This document shows, one piece after another, positions 53,507 through 64,000 of a stretch of 64,000 bases of DNA; position 1 is the first letter of the stretch; each line of letters begins with the position of its first letter. The DNA is from Scyliorhinus canicula (Eukaryota), in contig NC_052158.1 of assembly GCF_902713615.1 (NCBI RefSeq), positions 2,418,001-2,482,000 on the forward strand. Direction: 5' to 3'. The notes under the pieces are model-generated. The model ran no database searches and had not been told where the DNA came from. It saw only the letters and a list, made by a program, of their open reading frames with translations. The position numbers were made by a program, and so were the translations under genes.

Positions 53507-54386
53507 GGTGTCCAGATGATGTAAAATAGGAACCGCTTGAGGGAAGCGATGTCCTTTCTGATGGAACCTGCACGTATGTTTTTGTTTGTCAGTTTATGTT
53601 TTGTTTGTTAATATGTTAAGGGTTTGATTGCAGATCTTTTCAGCTGAAAAGATTGTGACCACCTCGCACGCACGTTAGTTTGTCTGCAGATACCTCTGAG
53701 AACTTCAGGTGTATCCTCTGGTGAACCGACACGGTTCACGACTTGTTCCCTGTTTTCAGATGAGGGAGCATCTTGGCTCCTCCATTGTTTTTAGGTGCCC
53801 CTCTATTCGGTGAATAGAGGCTGCAAATCCATGATAAACACATTCTTGCCCGTTTAATCCAGGTTACTCAGGCAGTGGACAAACGGCACTGAGGACCCGC
53901 CCTGTCTGAGAACCCACTTTGGTCAGCCAAGCTCGGGTATGGCACAGCACGCCCTACCCGGGGATCCCATTCAAATCGTACCCGTAGCGGCCCATACGCA
54001 ACCCATTCGACCTTTCATTTCCAATTTGTTTTCATTTTTCGTTAGGCAGCCCTTAGGCCGCCATCCCACATGCTATTTACATCCAGGAACATTCGGATGG
54101 TAAATGAGCAAAGCCTGCGAGACGGCTCGCAGGAGGAACGTTGTTAGGTGTATTGTGTTCATTAAATTCGCTTTTGAAAAAAAAAATGAGGGGAGTCACA
54201 GGGTGTGACTTGGCCAGTCATTGTAATGGGTCAATTGGAATTGAAAGACAGATACACTAACAAGTACGGATATTAAGCTGTATTGACAGATACTGTGCTT
54301 GATCCCATAGCTTTCGAAGGACGAAACAGAGATCACAGCAAGGATCGGCCATACAGGAGGAACAAAAGAAGGAGAACGAAGAGAAG

Positions 54387-54731
54387 ATGATGGAAGCCCA
54401 CTTATTGCTTTTAAATGTTATATTTGTTTGTGTGGGAGCAAGACACGTTTCCCCCACAACCCCCACCGTAAATGTTTCACTTACAGCAACTCCCCCGTGC
54501 TCAGCTCTGATCAGTGAGGTTCAGACCTGGTGCACAAAATTTATGACATGGTACTCCATGTCATACGTGATTGAATCACTGCTAGTGATTGCGATCCTCG
54601 CCATACTCGTACAGACCCTCAGGTTGAGGAAGTGGAAGAGGAGAGCCTCCCGTTCCTGCCCCTCAACCGTCTATGGAGTTCAATCTCCTATCTTCGGTTT
54701 CCACCAATCCCCCCAGCCCCTCAATGAATAA
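54387..54731 (+). CDS. Accessory ORF of the retroelement: 114-aa small type-I membrane protein
   Basis: Hydrophobic N-terminus ending VGA|R, NVS sequon, C38/C49, TM YVIESLLVIAILAILVQTL, polybasic RLRKWKRRASR; sits in the env position. Confidence 0.7.
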   Translation: MMEAHLLLLNVIFVCVGARHVSPTTPTVNVSLTATPPCSALISEVQTWCTKFMTWYSMSYVIESLLVIAILAILVQTLRLRKWKRRASRSCPSTVYGVQSPIFGFHQSPQPLNE

Positions 54732-55108
54732 TAAAGCACTGTGTGAATAAAATAAAATATATACCCATGTATTATATTGTCCTGAACTCGACTACCGAGT
54801 CAGGAAATGTTATGTGATGTGGTATGAATGGATGAGGTTTAGTCTGTAATGAAATGTTTAAGTTAAGATAAGGATAATTGTGATAGGTAGAGGTTCCCAG
54901 TTTGTGGTAATGCATGTCCCCTTTGACATAGCGCCAAGTAGAGATGTCAGTTAAAAAAAAATTTTCTTCCCATAGTTTAAGGACAGAGTAGACGCTCAGG
55001 AGCTTGCCGAGGTCAGGGAACACAAAGAAGGCAACCCAGATGCACTCAAGGCAACGTACATAGGTGATCCTTCACAATATTTTGATTGTGAGGATCACAA
55101 GGAGGGAA

Positions 55109-56072
55109 TGTAGCCACTGTAGCCACCTAAAATGGACACTGAACTAAACAAAATGGAGAATTGCTAAGACTGCAGGGAAAAACAGTTTAGCCAAGGCAAG
55201 CAGCCTGCAAACACTCATTAGCATTTTGCAAGCAGCAAAACTAGTTTCTGGCCAGGTGGAAGATCTCAAACCAAAGGTGATAATGGCAGAACGTTTTACA
55301 TACTAATGAGGCAGTCCAGATCTAGGGACACACAATGGCAACATTTGGGTTTGAATAAGATACTTGAGTGGATGTCCAGACAGAGCGGCACCAGAAGTAT
55401 CCACTATAGAAACCGCCCCCACCATCAAGAGAGACCCTCACATTGGAGGAATTCAAAAGATATCGATTGGAAGCGATCCAATCGATACCTGAAGGTAAAG
55501 CCCGCCCAGGAAAAGGCAAGGACATTGGGGACCCCTATAAAAGTAGACCCCCACACATGGTCCTGTCTGTTGTTTCGTGCTCCGGCTTTGACCAAGACCT
55601 TGAACGTGTATCCTGACTCCAGCCGTTGAGCACCAGCCGCCGAACCGTAAGTGCCAATACGACGCTCGCTGCGCGAACCAAGCCCGCTAGACCCCCAGTG
55701 ACCAGCACGCTTTCTGAAGGTTGCAGACCAAGACCGGGACGAAGGCCTCGCTCCCTGACCTTGCCTGTTCCTGTGTAGTTAAGTATTCTGATTGCTTAGT
55801 TTAGTCATAGCTTAGTCCCTTAGTGTGTGCATGCGTATTTATTATAATTGTATAATAAATATTGATCGTTTGGAACTTACTAATCGATGTATCGTTTTAT
55901 TACTTTGAACCTGACCTTGGAATATTTGTGAGGTGTCTATACGGCATCTGGCGACTCCTGAGCTGAAAAATACATATACAGAGCCTAGTAGTGTTAAGCA
56001 CACGGCCTTTAACGGAGGCAAGTTAATACACTCCAATAAACGCGTTTTACACCCATAGCAAAACGTGCAACA
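55109..56072 (+). repeat. 3' LTR (964 bp), preceded by PPT AAGGAGGGAA (55099-55108)
   Basis: Near-identical to the 5' LTR. Confidence 0.96.
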
Positions 56073-56137
56073 GTGTCAAATCCAGCATTTTCACCTATGC
56101 AAAGCATAAGATTGCACACATTTAAAACTATTATTGA

Positions 56138-59100
56138 CAATGGGGGGAGCAACGCAGCTAGGGGGAGATCTAGCTAGGGGGGGGAGTGGGGGGGGGTACC
56201 GGGTTGCTGCTGGAAGGGCCAAAGGGGAACTGAGGATGTTAAAAGGGGTCGGGACGAGGATTTGCCACTGTGGGGAACGGGACGTGCGGGGACCGTGGGC
56301 ACGTGGCTGGCCTAGGAGGCCTATTGCTGATCGGCGGGGGGGGGGGGGGGGGGGGGGCAATAGCCCCCCGATTCGGCTGGTCATCCGGAATGTAAGGGGA
56401 CTGAATGGACCGGTCAAGCGGGCCCGGGTAGTCGCGCATTTGAAGGGGCTGAGGGCGGATGTGGCCATGCTCCAGGAGACGCACCTTAGGGTGGTAGATC
56501 AGGTAAGGTTGAGAAAGGGGTGGGCTGGACAAGTGTTCCAATCGGGTATAACTGCGAATAACCGGGGGGGTGGCGATTTTGGTGTGGAAGAGAATACCGT
56601 TTGTGGCATCGAGTGCGGTGGCGGATAGGTGTGGCAGATATGTGATGGTAAGCGGTAAGCGGTAAGCTCCAGGGGGACCGGGAGTTGCTGGTTAATGTGT
56701 ACGCCCCGAACTGGGACGATGCGGGCTTCATGCAGCGCATGTTGGGCCGGATTCCTGACCCTGAGACAGGGGGCTTAATAATGGGAGGGGATTTTAACAC
56801 AGTGCTGGACCCAGCACTCGACCGCTCTAGGTCCAGGACGGGTAGGAGGCCGGCGGCGGCCAAAGTGCTGAGGGGGTTCATGGACCAGATGGGAGGGGTG
56901 GATCCTTGGAGATTTATGAGGCAGGGGGTTAGGGAATTCTCGTTCTTCTCCCATGTCCACAGGCTTACTCCCGGATTGACTTTTTTGTTTTGAGCAGGGC
57001 GTTGATTCCGAGGGTGGAAGGTGCGGAATACTCGGCGATAGCCATTTCAGACCACGCTCCGCATTGGGTAGACCTTGGGCTGGGGGAGGGGACGGACCAA
57101 CGGCCGATGTGGCGGTTAGAGGTGGGCTGTTGGCGGACGGGGAGGCGTCCGGGCGGGTCCGGAGGTGTATAGAGGGGTACTTAGAAAATAACGATAATGG
57201 GGAGGTGCAGGTGGGGGTGGTCTGGGAGACGCTGAAGGCGGTGGTTAGGGGGAAGCTGAACTCCATCAGGGCACATAGTGAGAGGGGGGAGAGGAGAGAG
57301 AGGGAGTGGCTGGTGGAAGAGATGGTGAGAGTAGACAGGAGGTCCCGGAGGTAGGGCTGTTGAGGAAGCGACGTAGCCTCCAAGCGGAGTTTGCTCTATT
57401 GACCACGAGGAAGGTGGAGGCGCAGTGGAGGAGGGCGCAGGGGGCAGTATACGAATACGGGGAAAAGGCGAGTCGGATGCTGGCGCACCAGCTCCGGAAG
57501 CAGGAGGCAGTTAGGGAGATACGGGGAGTTAGGGATGGAAGAGGGAGTCTGGTACGAAGTGCGAGGGGCATCAACGGGGTGTTCATGACCTTTTATGAGG
57601 AACTATACCGGTCAGTGCCCCCAGTGGAGGAGGGAGGGATGGGTCGCTTTCTGGGCAAGCTAAGGTTTCCGAGAGTGGAGGAGGAGCAGGTGGGGGGGTG
57701 TTGGGGGCACCAGTTTGGCTGGAAGAGCTGGTTAATGCGATGGGGAGCATGCAGACAGGGAAGGCACCGGGGCTCGATGGGTTCCCAGTTGAATTCTATA
57801 AGAAGTTTTCAGACCTGCTGGGCTCACTGCTAGTGAGGATCTTTAATGAGGCAAGGGAGGGGGGGGCTTTGCCCCCGACAATGTCTAGGGCGCTGATCTC
57901 ACTGATCCTGAAGCTGGATAAGGATCCCCTTCAGTGCGGGTCATATAGACCGATTTTGCTCCTGAATGTTGGCGCGAAGCTGCTCGCAAAGATATTGGCC
58001 AGAAGGGTGGCGGACGTCGTGCCGCAGGTCATACACGAGGATCAGACGGGTTTTGTGAAGGGCAGGCAGTTGAATGTTAATGTACGGAGGCTTCTGAATG
58101 CCATAATGATGCCGGCAGTGGAGGGGGAGGCGGAGATAGTGGTGGCGATGGACGCGGAGAAGGCCTTTGATAGGGTGGAGTGGGGATATCTTTGGGAGGT
58201 TTCGAAAAGTTTCGGGTTTGGAGAGGGATTTGTTAGGTGGGTGAGGCTGCTGTATGATGCCCCGGTGGCGAGTGTGGTGACGAATGGGAGAAGGTCGGAG
58301 AGTTTTCAACTGTACCGGGGGACGAGGCAGGGGTGCCCCCTGTCTCCCCTGCTGTTTGCGCTGGCGATCGAACCCCTGGCCATGGCGTTGAGGGAGTCGA
58401 GGACCTGGAGGGGGATAGTGCAGGGTGGGGAAGGAGCATCGGCTGTCGTTATATGCGGATGACCTACTGTTGTACATGGCGGACCCGGTGGGGGGGATGC
58501 CGGAGGTGATGAGGATTCTTAGGGAGTTCGGGGACTTCTACGGGTATAAGCTCAACGTGGGGAAGAGTGAGCTGTTCGTAGTACATCCGGGGGACCAGGA
58601 GAGAGGGATTGGGGAGCTCCGGCTGAAAAGGGCGGAGCGGAGTTTCAGGTACCTGGGGGTCCAGATAGCCAGAAGCTGGGGGGCCCTACACAGGCTCAAC
58701 TTCACGAAGCTGGTGGAGCAGATCGAGGAGGAGTTTAGGGGGCAGGGTCCAGTCTGTCAAAATGATGGTGCTCCCGAGGTTTTTGTTCCTCTTCCAGTGC
58801 CTCCCTATCATGATCCCGAAGGCTTTCTTCAGGCGGGTCAACAGGAGCATTATAGGGTTTGTGTGGACGCAGAAGACCCCAAGGGTGAGGAGGGTGTTCC
58901 TGGAGCAGGGTAGGGATGTCGGGGGGTTGGCGTTGCCCAACCTAGGTGGGTACTACTGGGCAGCCAATGTGGCGATGATACGTAGGTGGGTGATGGAGGG
59001 GAAGGGGGCTGCATGGAAGAGGCTGGAGGCGGCATCCTGTGTGGGCACAAGCCTGGAGGTGCTGGTGACGGCGCCGTTGCCGCTCCCCCCAACAAGATAT

Positions 59101-60265
59101 ACTACGAGTCCGGTGGTAGCGGCTACCCTCAAAACATGGGGGCAGTGGAGGCGGCATAGGGGGGGAGGTGAAGGCTTCAGTCTCGTCCCCGATACGGGGG
59201 AACCACCGGTTTGTACCAGGGAGGATGGACGGAGAGTTTCTGAGCTGGCACACGGCAGGTATCAGGTGGATGGGGGACCTTTTCCCGATGGGAAGTTTGC
59301 GACCCTAGAGGAGTTGGAGGGAAGGTTGGGCCTTCCCCCAGGGAACACCTTCAGATACATGCAAGTAGGGGCGTTTGTTAGACGGCAGGTGGCGGAGTTT
59401 CCACTGTTGCCGTCAAGGGGGGTTCAGGACAGGGTGCTCTCGGGGACGTGGGTTGGTGAGTGGAGAATCTCAGCAATCTACCAAGTGATGCAAGAGGGGG
59501 AGGAGGCCTCGGTGGAGGAGCTGAAAGATAAGTGGGAGGAGGAGCTGGGAGAGGAGATTGACGAGGGGACGTGGGCGGATGCCCTGGGGAGAGTGAATTC
59601 CTCCTCCTCCTGCGCGAGGCTCAGTTTAATTCAATTTAAGATGCTGCATAGGGCGCACATGACTGGGGCCAGGCTGAGCCGGTTCTTTGGGAGAGAGGAC
59701 AGGTGTGGCAGGTGTTCAGGGAGCCTAGCAAACCACACCCACATGTTTTGGGCGTGCCCTGCGCTGGAGGGCTTTTGGAGGGGCGTCCAGGGTTGAGCCG
59801 GGCTGGGGGCTCGCAATTTTTGGGGTGGCAGCGGAGCCGGGCGTGCAGGAGGCGAAAGAGGCCGGTATTCTGGCCTTTGCGTCCCTGGTAGCCCGGCGCA
59901 GGATTCTTCTGCAGTGGAAGGATGTGAGGCCCCCGGGCGTTGAATCCTGGATCAACGATATGGCTGGGTTCATTAAGGTGGAGAGGGTCAAGTTTGCCCG
60001 AAGGGGGTCGGTGCAAGGGTTCTTCCGGCGGTGGCAACCGTTTCTAGACTTTGTGGCGGAGTGTTAGAGGGCGGTCAACTTCAGCAGCAACCGGGGGGGG
60101 GGGGGGGGTTGTTTTTTCCTTTATTGGGTATGTGTATCTGTTCTCATGTTAATTATTTTTGTTAATTTATTATTTCTGTATTGGTGGGGCTACTGTTATT
60201 TTTATTTTTATTCTGCTTTTGTTGGTTAAAACTTGTTGAAAATTTGAATAAAAATTATTTTTTTA
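56138..60265 (+). mobile_element. 5'-truncated L1-clade LINE, ORF2 with several frameshifts
   Basis: NVRGLN, QETHL, GGDFN, RQGCPLSP, YADDLL, CxxC...HMFWAC; 14-bp TSD AAAACTATTATTGA at a TT/AAAA target. Confidence 0.92.
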
Positions 60266-60319
60266 AAAACTATTATTGATTCTTCAATTTAAAAAAAAAT
60301 GTGTTCATGGATATCACAT

Positions 60320-63170
60320 GTGGGGAGAGGGGCAGTTAAGGGTCAACTGTTGTGGGTCTGGAGTCACATGTAGGCCAGACCAGGTAAGGACGGCAGATTT
60401 CCTTCCCTTGAAGGACATTAGCGAACCAGTTTTTACAACAAACGACAATGGTTTCATGCTCATCATTAAACTCTTAATTCCAGATTTCTGTTGAATTCAA
60501 ATTTCACCATCTGCCCTGGTGAGGTTCAAACCCTGGCCCCCAGAGCTCCTGGATTACCAATCCAGTGACAAACCCACTAGGCCACTGCCTTCCATGTAGA
60601 GTAGTGGTAAACATGCCAAGGTGGTGAATGACTTGGATGGAACCTCCAGGTGGCAGTATTCGCACCTATCTGCTGCTCTTGTCCTTCAAGGTGGTGGTGG
60701 CCGTGGGTTTGGAAGGTGCTGCCTGAGGAACCTCGGTCAGTTCCTGCAGTGAATCTTGTCGATGGTGCACATGGCTGTTAATGTGTCAGTGGTGGAGGGA
60801 GTGAATGTTTATGGAAGGGTACATGTAGTTACATAGAAGATAGGAGCAGGAGGGAGACCTTTTGGCCCTTCGAGCCTGCTCCGCAATTCATCACCATCAT
60901 GGCTGATCATCCAACTCAATAGCCTAATCCTGCTTTCTCCCCATGTCCTTTGATCCCATTCTCCACAAGTGTTAAATCTAGCCGCTCCTTGAATATATTC
61001 AATGTTTTAGCATCAACTACTTCCTGTGGTAATGAATTCCACAGGCTCACCACTCTTTGGGTGAAGAAATGTCTCCTTATCTCTGTCCGAAATGGTTTAC
61101 CTTGAATCCTCAGGCTGTGACCCCTGGTTCCTGACACACCCATCATTGGTAACATCTTCCCTGCATCTATCCTGTCTAGTCCTGTTTTAATTTTATAAGT
61201 TTCTATGAGATCCACCCTCATTCCTCTGAATTCCAGCGAGAACAATACTAACCTAGTCAATCTCTCCTCATATGACAGTCCCACCATCCCTGGAATCAGG
61301 GGCTGCTTTGTCCTGGATGGTGTGGAGCTTCTTGAGTGTTGGAGCTGAGCTCACCCAGGCAAGTGGAGAGTTTACCATCACACTCCTGACTGTGCCTTGT
61401 AGATGGTGGACAGACTTTGGGGAGTCAGGAGGTGATTTACTAGCCACAGGATTCCTCGCCTCTGACCTGCTCTTGTAGCCACAGTATTCATAAGGCTAGG
61501 CCTCTGGCCAATTGCAACCCACAAGATGTTGATTCAGCGATGGCAATGCCATTGAATGTCAAGGGGCGATGGTTAGATTCACTTTTGTTGGAGATGGTCA
61601 TTGCCTGGCACTTGTGTAAATATTACTTATCACTTGTGACTTGTCGGTGCATGAGGAGGCCATTTGGCCTATTGACTCTGCACCGACCCTCTGAAAGAGC
61701 ACCCAATCCAATGCAGACATGGGGAGAACATGCAAACCCCACACAGACAGTCACGCAAGGTGGGAATTGAACCCGAGTCCCTGAGGCTGTGAAGCAGCAG
61801 TGCTGACCACTGTGCTGCAGGGTATGGTATGTATATATATATGTACAAATGTACATACAAGCCGAGATCCCTGAAAGAAGATTGCCATTTTTGGAAAGAA
61901 CATGAGGAACAGGAAAGATAATTTGTCAGATGAACACATAACTCAGGGTTTAAAAAATCAGAACCACATTTTTTTGACGTTCCATCTCTAATATTTACAT
62001 TTGAGCTGTATATGTTCCAGTACGATTCCAGTTCACATGCGGTTAGTACCACAACAAACAGAGGGGTCTTGGTGTATATGTACACAGGTCAGCGAAGATG
62101 GCAGGGCATGTCAGGAGAGCTATTAATAAAGCTTGTGGTATCTTAGCTTTATTGAAAGAAACATTGAGCACAAGAGCAAGGAGGTCATCTTCAATTTACA
62201 TTCAACATTCAACATACAGGGCACCACGGTAGCATGGTGGTTAGCATCAATGCTTCACAGCTCCAGGGTCCCAGGTTCGATTCCCGGCTGGGTCACTGTC
62301 TGTGCGGAGTCTGCACGTCCTCCCCGTGTGTGCGTGGGTTTCCTCCGGGTGCTCCGGTTTCCTCCCACAGTCCAAAGATGTGCGGGTTAGGTGGATTAGC
62401 CAGGCTAAATTGCCCTTAGTGTCCTAAAAAATAATGTTAATGGGGGTTGTTGGGTTACTGGTATAGGGTGGATACGTGGGCTTGAGTAGGGTGATCATTG
62501 CTCCGCACAACATTGAGGGCCGAAGGGCCTGTTCTGTGCTGTACTGTTCTAATTCTAATTCTAACATTAGCTGGGGGGTCATCTGGAGAACTACATTGAT
62601 TTCTGGATGCTGTACTTGGGGAGGGGCGTGAAGACATTTCTAGAGAGTAGAGGGAAAATTCACAAGAATGATTCCAGGGTTAAAGAACTGTAGCAAAAAG
62701 GAGTTTAGAGGTTGGGACTTGGAGGAAAGGCTGATAGGAGACTTGATAGAACTATTCAAGATGCTGAGGCGTGTGGGCAGGGGAAATAGTGACAAACTGT
62801 TCCCACTCAAGATGGCATCAAGAACTGTTGGACACAGAGTCAAATTAATTGGCCGAAGGAGTAGAAGTGATGTGACGGGGGAGAAAAAGGGGGGATTGGA
62901 ATCTGGAACTAAGATCCTGAAAGTGTGGTGGAGGCAAGTCCGCTCGAGGTATTCAAAGGGGATTTAAAAAAAAGATATTCTTTATTGTCACATGTAGGCT
63001 TACATTGCAATGAAGTTACTGTGAAAATCTCCTCATCGCCACATTGGATTGCCATCTGGGAGAGAGAGAATGTGCAAGGTTATGGAGTGGGAGTGGGTGG
63101 AATTCTCTTTCGGAGAGCCGGCGCACACCCGATGGGCTGAATGACCTCCTTCTGCACTGGTAAAAGATTC
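60320..63170. mobile_element. Old SINE/LINE debris: tRNA-SINE (-, 60320-60595), CR1 (-, 60830-61300), HE1-type SINEs (61650-61815 -, 62218-62565 +), CR1 (+, 62590-62970)
   Basis: Same motifs as the other copies. Confidence 0.7.
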
Positions 63171-63540
63171 TGCGCGACATCCTGAGTGTGCAGGTGCTTG
63201 CTGGCCACGAGGGAGCTGTGGGGAAATGTGCGTTAGCATTTTGACAGCTCTGCAACTTTAATCTCCAGGTCCATTCGTCACTATTTTTGGATCTGAGATT
63301 CACTTTAAAATGTGCTTTCATATTATTGATGGTGCGTCAGAATAAAGGTTTTCGACAAGAGCGATCCGCTTTGCTCTCACGTTATTGCGTTTCCCCCCCC
63401 CCCCCCCCTCTGTGGATCAACAGATCATTGCTAGTTTAACTATAAATGCTCATTCTGCTCACCCGCCAAATTGGAAACACTTGGGTTTGTGGCGGGAGGG
63501 CGAGCGTCACGCGGCCATCTGGCTCCGCCCCCTTTCGTTC

Positions 63541-63570
63541 TTCAACCAGGTCCGCGCTTCCGGTATAAAT
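63541..63570 (+). promoter_or_regulatory. H4 promoter: site-II/HiNF-P-like TTCAACCAGGTCCG and TATAAAT
   Basis: GGTCCG core about 10 nt upstream of TATA, as in vertebrate H4 promoters. Confidence 0.75.
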
Positions 63571-63609
63571 GGGCGACGGCAGCTGCTCGTGGCCCAGAGC
63601 AGGGTTTAG

Positions 63610-63933
<324 letters not shown>

Positions 63934-63963
63934 GAGCTGTTCACGAGGAGATTTCATCGGAAA

Positions 63964-63979
63964 GGCTCTTTTAAGAGCC
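63964..63979 (+). terminator. Histone 3' stem-loop of H4
   Basis: AAAGGCTCTTTTAAGAGCCAC, 30 nt after the stop. Confidence 0.95.
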
Positions 63980-64000
63980 ACTAATTAATTTATTGAAAGA

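Larger units (their letters stand above)
46286..56072 (+). mobile_element. Full-length LTR retroelement with retrovirus-like dual-RNase-H Pol (lokiretrovirus/retrovirus-sister-like), no full-length env
   Basis: TG...CA LTRs, 4-bp TSD GTGT (46282-46285 and 56073-56076), PBS-like site, PPT, gag-pro-RT-RH-RH-IN order. Confidence 0.93.

Noticed and set aside
53507-55098. Conventional env gene
   Set aside because: No ORF longer than 114 aa; no furin site, fusion peptide and heptad-repeat arrangement

Overview
Repeat-dense vertebrate DNA, most likely from a cartilaginous fish (shark, catshark-like), judged from HE1/V-SINE-type SINEs and their CR1(HER1)-type partner LINEs. It holds a dispersed replication-dependent histone cluster: H2A (+, 11.6 kb), H3 (-, 19 kb), H2B (-, 20.5 kb) and H4 (+, 63.6 kb). 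Each gene is intronless with a TATA/CCAAT- or site-II-type promoter and a 3' stem-loop. All four proteins deviate from the canonical vertebrate sequence, H2B strongly so. An orphan histone/cell-cycle-type promoter module with no adjacent histone ORF lies at about 42.5 kb. The most notable insert is a young 9.8-kb LTR retroelement (46286-56072; 964-bp LTRs with about 3 differences; GTGT TSD). It has a retrovirus-like Pol (degenerate tether RNase H plus an active second RNase H), Gag-Pol joined by a single UGA-CGG stop, a long acidic integrase tail, and no full-length env. In the env position there is a hairpin-rich non-coding region and an intact 114-aa small membrane protein ORF with FAST-fusogen-like architecture. 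The rest is nested CR1, L1, Rex/Babar LINEs, several SINE families with swapped tails, two Harbinger-type MITEs, two minisatellites and many long G/C homopolymers. Repeat boundaries are approximate unless TSDs are quoted. All family names come from recognition by eye, not from database searches.
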